Shown here piece by piece: positions 13,085-20,599 of a DNA stretch of 64,000 bases. Made by a program: the position numbers and the translations under genes. The DNA is from Nitrospirales bacterium (lineage in GTDB: Bacteria; Nitrospirota; Nitrospiria; Nitrospirales; UBA8639), in the NCBI GenBank assembly GCA_965213715.1, contig OZ243914.1:322964-386963 (forward strand), in the 5' to 3' direction. Position 1 is the first letter of the stretch, and each line of letters starts with the position of its first letter. The notes below the pieces were generated by a model. That model saw only the letters and a program-made list of their open reading frames with translations, did no database searches and had not been told where the DNA came from.

Positions 13085-13097
13085 GGACCGGTGGTTT

Positions 13098-14456
13098 CTA
13101 CTCGCGAAGCTGTCCCGACCCGTACACCACATATTTGGAACAGGTCAAATCCTCGAGGCCCATGGGACCTCGAGCATGAATGCGCGTCGTGCTGATGCCG
13201 ATTTCCGCACCCAGTCCGAATTGGTAACCGTCATTGAGCCGGGAAGAGGCATTGATCATCACCGCGCCGGCATCGACTTCCTGCAAAAACCTCAGGGCAC
13301 GGCCGTAGTCCTTGGTCACGATGACTTCGGTATGCCGGGACCCATACGCCCGGATGTGAGCCATGGCTTCATCCATGTCCTTGACCACTTTGACGGCCAA
13401 CGTCAAAGCCAGAAACTCCCGGCCATAATCCTCTTCCGTTGCGTTGTGGGCCTCGGGAATATATTGACGGGTTTTTTCGCAGCCCCGGATTTCCACGTTG
13501 GCTTCGACCAGGGCCTTGCCCAGCTTCGGCAAAAACGTCCTGGTAATCCCCTGGTGTACCAGCAACGTCTCCATGGCGTTACACGTGGAAGGCCGTTGAA
13601 CCTTGGCATTCACACTAATGGCCTCAGCCATCGCAAGATCGGCATCGGCATCAATATAGGTGTGGCAGACGCCTTTATCATGCTTGATCACCGGGATAGT
13701 CGAGTGCTCGGTCACGAGTTGCATCAGGGACTCCCCGCCCCGCGGAATAATCAGGTCGATGAATTGGTCCTGCTTCAGCAGTTCCAGAACCGCCTCCCGT
13801 TCGGTGCGTTCGACCAGGGAGACGACCCCTTCCGGAAGACCTGCCTTTTGTGCGGCCCCGGATAACACGTGGGCGATGGCCATATTGGAATGAATGGCTT
13901 CCGAACCGCCCCGGAGTACACAGACGTTCCCGGATTTGAGACACAAGGCCGCGGCATCGGCCGTCACGTTAGGGCGGGATTCGTAAATGATCCCAATGAC
14001 CCCGATGGGTACGCGGATTCGTCCCACCTTCATGCCGTTGGGCCGTTCCTGCATGCCCGAGGATTGACCAACGGGATCGCGTAACCGGGCGATTTGCCGG
14101 AGTCCGTCCGCCATTTCCCGCACGCGCTCGGGCGTCAATCGGAGCCGGTCGGCCATGGCCTCCCGTCCGTTACTCGCATCAAAGGCTTCGAGATCTTTTG
14201 CGTTTTCTTCCAGAAGCGCATCGGTGGCTTCTTCCAAGCCTTCGGCCATGGCCGTCAATGCCTCATTCTTGACGGATGCCGGCAGGCGGCTCAATTCAGG
14301 AGCGGCAGAACGCGCCTGCTCCAGAAGCGTGCGAAGATACGTCGGGGTATCGATAATCTCTTCTTCGATTATCTCTTCCTTGGAACCATCGACGGCTTCT
14401 GTTGATTCTGTTATCTCATCTTCGTTCAGTTCTTCTTGGGTTTCTTCCGTACTCAT
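13098..14456 (-). CDS. proA: gamma-glutamyl phosphate reductase
   Basis: The motifs IDLIIPRGG, STCNAMETLLVH and VLRGGSEA are present. The track ORF extends to 14606, but the MSTEETQEE start at 14456 is more plausible. The N-terminus has an acidic ~35-aa extension. Confidence 0.9.
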   Translation of the reverse strand: MSTEETQEELNEDEITESTEAVDGSKEEIIEEEIIDTPTYLRTLLEQARSAAPELSRLPASVKNEALTAMAEGLEEATDALLEENAKDLEAFDASNGREAMADRLRLTPERVREMADGLRQIARLRDPVGQSSGMQERPNGMKVGRIRVPIGVIGIIYESRPNVTADAAALCLKSGNVCVLRGGSEAIHSNMAIAHVLSGAAQKAGLPEGVVSLVERTEREAVLELLKQDQFIDLIIPRGGESLMQLVTEHSTIPVIKHDKGVCHTYIDADADLAMAEAISVNAKVQRPSTCNAMETLLVHQGITRTFLPKLGKALVEANVEIRGCEKTRQYIPEAHNATEEDYGREFLALTLAVKVVKDMDEAMAHIRAYGSRHTEVIVTKDYGRALRFLQEVDAGAVMINASSRLNDGYQFGLGAEIGISTTRIHARGPMGLEDLTCSKYVVYGSGQLRE

Positions 14457-14638
14457 CAGTTCTCCAACCTTTACAATATTGAAAATTTGATCTCGAATCG
14501 AGAATACCCACGCGTCATGAATCCGGTCAAGACAGGCACAACCATTTCCTTGATTTTCCACATGCAATCCTGCTACACATGGTGCCGCTATTACTTCAGC
14601 AACCAACCGCCTCCTCCATCACGATCTCACCTTGTTGT

Positions 14639-14714
14639 GCCGAGGTAGCTCAGTTGGCAGAGCACAGCCCTGAAAAGGCTGGTGTCGGCAGTTCGATTCT
14701 GCCCCTCGGCACCA
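14639..14714 (+). tRNA. tRNA-Phe (anticodon GAA)
   Basis: The 76-nt sequence GCCGAGGTAGCTCAGTTGGCAGAGCACAGCCCTGAAAAGGCTGGTGTCGGCAGTTCGATTCTGCCCCTCGGCACCA folds into a cloverleaf. The acceptor is GCCGAGG/CCTCGGC, the D stem GCTC/GAGC, the anticodon stem CAGCC/GGCTG with loop CTGAAAA, and the T stem GGCAG/CTGCC. The CCA is encoded. Confidence 0.95.
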
Positions 14715-15002
14715 TATCCCCTCTTCCTACGTCGTTCATCTTGTTCCGCTAAAGTTCTCAATCGCATTGTCATGACTGTCGGTTTCTATTTCTTAGAATC
14801 TCGACTGGACCACAACGATTCTCTGTTTGGCATCCGTCGCGGCGTCGATTGCCAAGACCAAAGTGAGCCCGGCCTCCCCGTCTACGATTGCCTGTTTTGG
14901 GCTTGCCATGACTACCCCATTGGGATATAGCTGGACGATGCAAACAGTCGGTGTGGTTTCAGCCCTTGCAGCCGCACTCAAGGCGACACGGAAGGAGGTC
15001 AC

Positions 15003-15293
15003 ATGAATACTTTTGGCGACGATCTGATCCAATCACTCAATGAAGCCTTGGCCCATGCAAGAAGCGAAGGCCCCGCCATCGTCCACGTCCCCGTGGCGCC
15101 ACGTGAGGTTCGCAAGCAAGCCAAGCTCACCCAAGCGCAGATGGCCCCGTTGATGGGCATGAGCCTTTCCGGTTATCGGAAGTGGGAACAGGGAACGCGT
15201 CGGGTCAGCGGCCCGGCCGCAACCCTTCTTCGCGTGCTCGAAAGGGAACCGGAGGCCGTCAAGCGCGCATTGCTGTCCGCGGGACAGGGATGA
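15003..15293 (+). CDS. XRE-family HTH antitoxin-like protein (HigA-2-like)
   Basis: The segment LTQAQMAPLMGMSLSGYRKWEQGTRRVSGPAATLLRVLEREPEAV shows the HTH plus RxxSGPA pattern seen in HigA-2-type antitoxins. No intact toxin ORF is recognisable in the 290 bp upstream. Confidence 0.7.
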   Translation: MNTFGDDLIQSLNEALAHARSEGPAIVHVPVAPREVRKQAKLTQAQMAPLMGMSLSGYRKWEQGTRRVSGPAATLLRVLEREPEAVKRALLSAGQG

Positions 15294-15381
15294 CGGACGT
15301 CTCAACAAGAATGCCGGGATACGTCCCCAAATCCTTGAGGGCCTCTTATTTTGTTTTTTGCCGCGTTGTATTGGCGAACGT

Positions 15382-15585
15382 CTACTTGCACCCCACAGCA
15401 CGTGCAGCCTCTTCGGCCGTCTGGAACAGGGCTGATGTCGTTTCTTCATCCACGTACTCTTCTCCGCAATTCGCGCAGACCTGCGCCGGCACCTCCTTGA
15501 TTACCAGGGTCGTGGTCTCACGTTCGAGCGGGACGGTCGCCGTCCCCAAGCGAGTCTTTCCCTTTTTGCAAACCACGCAGGTCAT
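15382..15585 (-). CDS. YgiT/MqsA-type zinc-finger antitoxin
   Basis: The 67-aa product has MTCVVCKKGK...CANCGEEYVDEET, two CxxC pairs. Its start ATG overlaps the stop of the upstream DUF4258 remnant (ATGA). Confidence 0.8.
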   Translation of the reverse strand: MTCVVCKKGKTRLGTATVPLERETTTLVIKEVPAQVCANCGEEYVDEETTSALFQTAEEAARAVGCK

Positions 15586-15722
15586 CTGTCAGTCCTCCTT
15601 GTTTTGAAGTCTGGTGTCCATTCTTCACGACTGACCTCGGAGGCCGTCACCACAATGGTTTCCCCGGACTTCGCATGTTCAGCAGCCACGATATGGAGTG
15701 GACGGTGGGAAGAGTGGCCTGT
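15582..15722 (-). pseudogene. C-terminal remnant of a DUF4258-type toxin gene
   Basis: The minus-strand frame reads GHSSHRPLHIVAAEHAKSGETIVVTASEVSREEWTPDFKTRRTDR*, matching the C-terminal half of DUF4258 toxins (RPLHVV...ViTvYePdpeeWeeDFKtRR). It has no start codon. The frame is closed by the TGA at 15725-15723, which is also the stop codon of the upstream ORF. Confidence 0.65.
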
Positions 15723-15986
15723 TCAAGAGGGACAGTAGGCTACGTCATGACTGCCGACGGCGACGAGGAAAATCATATGGTCCTTCTTTAGTTCAAAGAC
15801 CAACCGTGCCGTCTTATTCAGTCGGACAGAATAATGAGAAACCACATGCTCCGGTGCGACAAACACCGGCTTGAACAACAAGATGTCACCTGCCGGATTT
15901 TCAATCGTTTCATCCTCCAGAAATTGCTCATACACATACAGCCCCGCTTTCAGAACGAGTCTGTGGGTATAGTTGACGCCGAACAT
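15723..15986 (-). CDS. RelE/ParE-superfamily toxin-like protein
   Basis: The C-terminus HYSVRLNKTARLVFELKKDHMIFLVAVGSHDVAY resembles RelE/YoeB/YafQ-type toxin C-termini. No cognate antitoxin is recognisable upstream. Confidence 0.5.
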   Translation of the reverse strand: MFGVNYTHRLVLKAGLYVYEQFLEDETIENPAGDILLFKPVFVAPEHVVSHYSVRLNKTARLVFELKKDHMIFLVAVGSHDVAYCPS

Positions 15987-16170
15987 CTGAATGCGATTTC
16001 GCAGATGCAGGTCCGGTGTCTGTGCCGGCGTGGCATCCTTTTCCTAGGACGTTGAGAAAGATTGCTGACCTGAATAGAGTAGGGGAGCAAGAGGATCTCG
16101 CAGATACAGGAAGAACTGGGATAGGTCTATCGTTCTACTTTTTCTAACCACCCGATCAGGAGACATTGGT

Positions 16171-16491
16171 ATGGTATCCACGAAATCATTCTTGTTAAGT
16201 CTTTGTTTCACGCTCATCGTGCATCTCATGTACCTTCTCCCCGCCTCCCATGCATTAACGGCGAATGATGATCTTGGAGCGTGGAGGACTGCATCCAATG
16301 AAACCAAAGCCGAACTCGCCAAGACTATGGTTCGGAGACTGGGTGAAGACCGCATTAGCGAACGGCAGATTAAACTTTTGGCTCTTCAGGTGTTTTTGTG
16401 TATCAACGAGACGGCAGGTGACGAGGGTTTAGATAACATGAAAATAGCGGAAGTGGCCGCTGGATGCATTGCGCTGCTTGGGAAGCAATGA
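16171..16491 (+). CDS. small secreted hypothetical protein
   Basis: The 106-aa product has an N-terminal signal-like segment MVSTKSFLLSLCFTLIVHLMYLLPASHA. It lies in an AT-richer islet. Confidence 0.45.
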   Translation: MVSTKSFLLSLCFTLIVHLMYLLPASHALTANDDLGAWRTASNETKAELAKTMVRRLGEDRISERQIKLLALQVFLCINETAGDEGLDNMKIAEVAAGCIALLGKQ

Positions 16492-16787
16492 AGGGAGGGG
16501 ACGGTAGACATGATGAAACGATTGTTTCCCCAGCCAGGAATGCTGGAAAAGAACATCAATGAACTTCTCAGGTTAGAGAGGGATCGCAGAAATAAGTCCA
16601 GGCGCACAAATGGTTTAATCTTGTAGCTTCTCGGCATTCCAGTTCTGAGCGGGAATTGCGAGAGAGGACTGTGCAATTCCGCAACGAAGTTGCGCCGAAG
16701 ATGACTCCAGCGCAGATTGCCGAGGCGCAACGGCTGGCGCGCAAGTGGCGACCCGAACAGTGACAAAACTTCAAGAGGAGAGATAAG

Positions 16788-16949
16788 ATGCTCTGCAATT
16801 TCTGTCACAAGTCTATTAGAGAGGTGCTAGCTGCCACAGGCAATAAAACGAGACCGCGCGGACCACGTCCCTTTCATTGTTCCTGTCGCAAATGTCACCA
16901 TACTCGAAACGAAAAAAACGGTCGAGTGCAATTGGAAGATATACCCTAA
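16788..16949 (+). CDS. 53-aa Cys-rich (zinc-ribbon-like) small ORF
   Basis: It is below the track's size cutoff. It reads MLCNFCHKSIREVLAATGNKTRPRGPRPFHCSCRKCHHTRNEKNGRVQLEDIP and is preceded by AGGAGAG 6 nt upstream. The first CxxC-KS-x-EV resembles the ClpX-type zinc finger start. This call is speculative. Confidence 0.3.
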   Translation: MLCNFCHKSIREVLAATGNKTRPRGPRPFHCSCRKCHHTRNEKNGRVQLEDIP

Positions 16950-17153
16950 TCCAGAAGAAGCGAAGAAGGCTGGTCACGAAAGATCTTGCTCAACCTGCAT
17001 TTCCTGAGAAGAACGGAAAGACTTTCTGCACCTGATTGTTAAATTACGCGCAAGGCTGTTCCTGCCTCGCGCAATCTACATATGATGTTCTCCAACGGAT
17101 CTTGCGTATGCTATAATTTGAAACCATCGTCATCATCTTATGTGAGGAAATTT

Positions 17154-17384
17154 ATGAGCAATAGCGCCAGAACGACGGTCTACTTGAAACCTGGGGTCTA
17201 TCGTGCTCTGAAGTTGAAATCGGCAGAAAGCGACCGGACGCTCTCCGATATCGTCAATCAAGCGGTGCTTGAACTATTGAGGGAAGATTCCCTCGATTTG
17301 GAGGCCGTTGAAAAACGGCGTGGGGAACCGAGTCGTTCCTTCGAGGAGGTGCTCAAGGACTTCAAGCGTGACAAGCTCCTATAA
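17154..17384 (+). CDS. ribbon-helix-helix (CopG/RelB-like) antitoxin
   Basis: MSNSARTTVYLKPGVYRALKLKSAESDRTLSDIVNQAVLELL is an RHH pattern. It overlaps the downstream RelE toxin start. The track ORF starts at 17082, but the ATG at 17154 has an upstream GAGGAA. Confidence 0.8.
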   Translation: MSNSARTTVYLKPGVYRALKLKSAESDRTLSDIVNQAVLELLREDSLDLEAVEKRRGEPSRSFEEVLKDFKRDKLL

Positions 17385-17637
17385 TGTCAGGATCAAGAAG
17401 TCAGCAGAAAAAGAGTTGCGGGGACTTCCGAAGAAAAATCTGAAACAAATTTTCTCTCACATCCGTGCTCTTGCTGCCAACCCGAGACCTATTGGTTGCG
17501 AAAAATCGTCTGGAGCGGATTGGTATCGAGTCCGTCAAGGAGATTACCGGATCGTCTATATCATCGACGACGATGAGTTACTCGTAGAGGTCGTAAAAAT
17601 CGGCCACCGGAAGGAAGTCTATCGAGTATCGCGATGA
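17368..17637 (+). CDS. relE: RelE/ParE-family toxin
   Basis: The segment YRVRQGDYRIVYIIDDDELLVEVVKIGHRKEVY is the RelE signature. A GTG start at 17368 overlaps the antitoxin stop by 17 nt. Confidence 0.85.
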   Translation: MTSSYNVRIKKSAEKELRGLPKKNLKQIFSHIRALAANPRPIGCEKSSGADWYRVRQGDYRIVYIIDDDELLVEVVKIGHRKEVYRVSR

Positions 17638-17639
17638 AG

Positions 17640-18028
17640 ACACAACTTCTGATTCATAAAGTCTTTTTCTCGCACAAGTGTCCCTTGGGAATCACCTTCG
17701 TGTTTTAAATCACTCGCCGTGCTTGTCCTGCCTTCTGCAGGCTTCGCGCGTCGTTCTCCCGCGCCAGTTCCGCGCACATCCGCTTGTACTGGGCGCGTTC
17801 CCCCTCGGTCTCCTTCAAGCACTTGAGGTCCGAGGCGCTCATCCCGCTGTATTTCGATTGCCAGTGATAATACGTCGTATCACTGATGCCATGCTGACGG
17901 CAGATCTCCCGCGCCTGCTTCCCAGCCTCCGCTTCTTTCAGAATTGATACAATTTGCGTCTCGGTGAATCGACTTCGTCTCATGGTCGTCTCCTTACAGG
18001 GTGATCCTGCCAGAAAACTCCCACTTCA
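17640..18028 (-). mobile_element. truncated IS3-family element (left inverted repeat plus orfA only)
   Basis: On the minus strand, TGAAGTGGGAGTTTTCTGGCAGG (outer end at 18028) resembles IS3/IS911-type terminal repeats. OrfA (17983-17705) reads MRRSRFTETQIVSILKEAEAGKQAREICRQHGISDTTYYHWQSKY (HTH). There is no orfB or DDE domain, and the element ends against relE. Confidence 0.75.
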
Positions 18029-18140
18029 GCCTGTGTCACCTAAGGGGAAGCTTACGATTCACCTATCAAAATCCTCAATCAAAAACCCTCTTAACATGGC
18101 CTCCTCCGACGGACCAACGACTTTCTCGATCAGCTAAGAG

Positions 18141-18329
18141 GTGGCCTTAGGCGGACTCACTCTCTTTGTCTCGATCGCCGAAGACGCTACCGCGACAGCC
18201 CTCCCCATTTCGGCTATTCTCTTCCCGGTCTTTACGGCGTTCATTGTGCTTCTCATTCTCGTGCTCTTAGTCGTCGCCGCATTCATGATCAAGAAATTCA
18301 TCTTCAATCGCCGCCAGATGCCCGCTTAG
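18141..18329 (+). CDS. 62-aa hydrophobic small protein (uncertain)
   Basis: It has a single long TM segment (ILFPVFTAFIVLLILVLLVVAAFMI) followed by a basic tail. It has a GTG start and no homology cue. Confidence 0.3.
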   Translation: MALGGLTLFVSIAEDATATALPISAILFPVFTAFIVLLILVLLVVAAFMIKKFIFNRRQMPA

Positions 18330-18595
18330 ATCCCGCATTCCTTATGAACTTAAGACCACGGCCATTTCTTATACAGGCGGTTTGTAAACCGGTATCCTGA
18401 GATTTCCGGGAGCAAACTCCTGTAATTCCCCCAATTCAAGATAAAGGCATCCGTAGCAGCCTCATCTTATGACGCCTTTTCTTTTTATCAATATCTAAAG
18501 AGCCGCATAATTCTCTCCCTTTCCGGTCCTGCTGAAGGTAAACCAGAGTTGTAGTAACATGCCTACATTGATGAGAGGAACCGGAGGTTTCGCTT

Positions 18596-18853
18596 ATGGA
18601 GATGAAAACCATAACCAGCAGAGAGTTTAATCAAGACGTGAGCAAAGCCAGGAGGGACGCTTTGAAGGGACCGATTTTCATCACCGACCGCGGCCGTCCG
18701 GCGCATGTGTTATTGACCATTAAGGACTATCAGAAGATTACGGAGAAGGATGCCAGCATCGTTGAATTGCTGGCCATGCCGGAAGCCGCCGACATCGATT
18801 TTGAGCCGCCACGGTTGAATCGGGAACTGCAGAAACAGGCCGACCTGTCCTGA
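18596..18853 (+). CDS. Phd/YefM-family antitoxin (orphan)
   Basis: MKTITSREFNQDVSKARRDALKGPIFITDRGRPAHVLLTIKDY is the Phd/YefM pattern. An inverted repeat TGTAG-N9-CTACA lies in its promoter region (~18551-18569). The downstream sequence encodes no PIN or other toxin. Confidence 0.8.
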   Translation: MEMKTITSREFNQDVSKARRDALKGPIFITDRGRPAHVLLTIKDYQKITEKDASIVELLAMPEAADIDFEPPRLNRELQKQADLS

Positions 18854-19103
18854 TATCTTCTGTATCTTCGCCCGGGCATCCGGCAAATCTACAAACCAAT
18901 GGAAGTGCACACACTCGGCACCATATTTCCTCCCCCGCACCCTCGACTCATACTTCATCCCCTCAGCTTACATTGACTGAAACGTTCCTGGCCGTACATG
19001 GCAGGTAAAACGCCCTCCTCGACGTCACAGCCGCCTCCAAACATCCGCCTCCACAACCGCAGCACAAATAGACAGAACAGTTTGATTTTACGTCGATAAA
19101 TAG

Positions 19104-19154
19104 TGTCAATTTACAGTCATATTATTGACATTATTTTATTTTCTGTCATATTTA
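19104..19154 (+). promoter_or_regulatory. AT-rich promoter/operator region upstream of the 194-aa orphan
   Basis: There is an inverted repeat TGTCAAT (19104-19110) / ATTGACA (19124-19130). Direct repeats CAGTCATATT (19114-19123) and CTGTCATATT (19143-19152) are present. TTGACA (19125-19130) is followed at 16-18 nt by a CATATTTA -10 region. Confidence 0.45.
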
Positions 19155-19195
19155 CGGAAGTTAATGTGAATTTAAAGTCAACCTCGTGAAAGATT

Positions 19196-19780
19196 ATGGA
19201 TAATTTAAAGCTTCGCGTAAAAGCCTCTGATTATGAGCTTGAGGCGGAGGGGTCCCGTGATTTCCTCAACGAGCAATATGAGGCATTCAAGCGGCTCCTG
19301 GACGATGCGGCGCAAAAATCCGTTAAGTCAGGGGCAGACGCAAAAAATGATTTTTTGTCACCACGTGACTCGCAGCATTCTCCCCTGCCAGGCGAAAAAG
19401 CAGACGGTCCCGGACGGTCCTACGCCAAGTCTTTTCAGAAATTGCTGGTCTGGGATGATCGGACCCAACAGGTCAGGAGCATGGCCCTCCCCGAGGGTTC
19501 GTCGAAAATAGCCGATACGGTCATGTTGCTCTTATTGGGCTATCGCGAACTTCGAGGGCTGAGTCAGATATCTGCGCTGATTCTGAATCAAGGACTCAGA
19601 TCGGCAGGCTTCGAGGATTTTCGTTTGGACCGGGAAATGGCGCCCTACCTGAAGGCCAGGCTGGTGCTGCGGTCCGGAGTCGGGAAAGGCAGCCGGTACC
19701 GACTCACCACGCGCGGCGTCAAACAAGCCCAGGAGCTTGTCCAAACCCTCGCTGCGCTGATCCCCGACCCCCTGCCCTGA
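19196..19780 (+). CDS. 194-aa hypothetical protein (orphan)
   Basis: It is an uninterrupted ORF behind an AT-rich promoter-like region. No motif is recognised. The C-terminal part (GSRYRLTTRGVKQAQELV) could be winged-helix-like. Confidence 0.55.
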   Translation: MDNLKLRVKASDYELEAEGSRDFLNEQYEAFKRLLDDAAQKSVKSGADAKNDFLSPRDSQHSPLPGEKADGPGRSYAKSFQKLLVWDDRTQQVRSMALPEGSSKIADTVMLLLLGYRELRGLSQISALILNQGLRSAGFEDFRLDREMAPYLKARLVLRSGVGKGSRYRLTTRGVKQAQELVQTLAALIPDPLP

Positions 19781-19950
19781 TTTGGCGGGTGATGATCCCG
19801 TAAGCTTCCCCTCCATTTAGGAGCAGACTGAAAGTTAAAGCGGCCGTTCAATGCTCATTTAACGCGCATTAATTCGTTGCCAGAACAAGCGGGCCTCCCC
19901 CTCACACCTACCCTCTTTCGCCTTCAGGAGAAGATTGATGCTGACTTGTC

Positions 19951-20214
19951 TTATTCTGTAAAGAGGTCGGCGATACGGACCAAGTGCAATTCGTTTCCTT
20001 CGACCCGGTATATCAGGAGCCAGTCCGGTTCGATGTGCATCTCCCGATACCCTTTCCAGATCACTCGCAATGGATGATCGCGTTGCTGCACGGCTAATGA
20101 CTCTTGCCGGATCAATGCTGTCAGCACCGCCCGCAACCTTGTCAGGTCTTTCCCCTGCTTCCGGGCTCTTTTGACGTCGCGTTTGAACTGCGTGGATCGA
20201 ACCGGGTTCAGCAC
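19951..20214 (-). CDS. yafQ: YafQ-family (RelE superfamily) mRNA interferase toxin
   Basis: The segments FKRDVKRARKQGKDLTRLRAVLTALI and HPLRVIWKGYREMHIEPDWLLIYRVEGNELHLVR match the YafQ pattern. The usual C-terminal RTGSHSDLF is shortened to RIADLF. Confidence 0.85.
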   Translation of the reverse strand: MLNPVRSTQFKRDVKRARKQGKDLTRLRAVLTALIRQESLAVQQRDHPLRVIWKGYREMHIEPDWLLIYRVEGNELHLVRIADLFTE

Positions 20215-20472
20215 TCAGATGTCCAGATCCCGGAACAGGTCTTCGGCCTTGCCGTAACGCTTCCCTTTGCCTTCGTTCAGTTCCTTCATGGCTTTGAGGG
20301 TTGTCACGTTCGGCACTTGGACGGCGAATGGCAGTCGCTTTTCGTCTGCCACACGCACCAACAACAGGCGAATGGCATCGGATATTGATAGGCCCATGGC
20401 CTGAAGTACTTCCGTGGCTTGTGTCTTGGTCTTGCTGGCGATCCGAGCACGTACGACGGTATCGGCATTCAT
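20215..20472 (-). CDS. dinJ: RelB/DinJ-family antitoxin
   Basis: VRARIASKTKTQATEVLQAMGLSISDAIRLLLVRVADEKRLPF is a DinJ RHH pattern. Its stop abuts the yafQ start. Confidence 0.88.
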   Translation of the reverse strand: MNADTVVRARIASKTKTQATEVLQAMGLSISDAIRLLLVRVADEKRLPFAVQVPNVTTLKAMKELNEGKGKRYGKAEDLFRDLDI

Positions 20473-20487
20473 CCTAGCGTCCTCCTA

Positions 20488-20511
20488 TAATGTAGCTTTA
20501 ATGTAGCTACA
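20488..20511 (-). promoter_or_regulatory. dinJ-yafQ operator
   Basis: A tandem direct repeat TAATGTAGCT occurs at 20488-20497 and 20499-20508. A palindrome TGTAGCTACA (20502-20511) lies immediately upstream of the dinJ start. Confidence 0.55.
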
Positions 20512-20544
20512 GGCTATCACCATGTCAAGGGATTGTCCCTGGAG

Positions 20545-20583
20545 GCGTGAAATTTCCGATTGCAAATGTCGTGAATGACAGAA
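20545..20583 (+). repeat. degenerate copy (P4) of the GCTGGATCC..GGATGACAG hairpin repeat
   Basis: CGATTGCAAATGTCGTGAATGACAGAA (20557-20583) matches P2 (CGATTACAAATGTCGAGGATGACAGAA) at 24 of 27 positions. The left arm is degraded. It lies between the dinJ promoter and the purQ stop. Confidence 0.55.
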
Positions 20584-20599
20584 GGAAAAAGGAAGAGGG

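Noticed and set aside
14682-15032. ORF 14682-14930 (+, starting inside the tRNA) and ORF 14793-15032 (-) were considered as the missing toxin partner of the XRE antitoxin.
   Set aside because: Neither translation resembles HigB-2, RelE, BrnT or other toxin families I know. One starts within tRNA-Phe. The region may contain a fully decayed toxin, but I cannot support a call.
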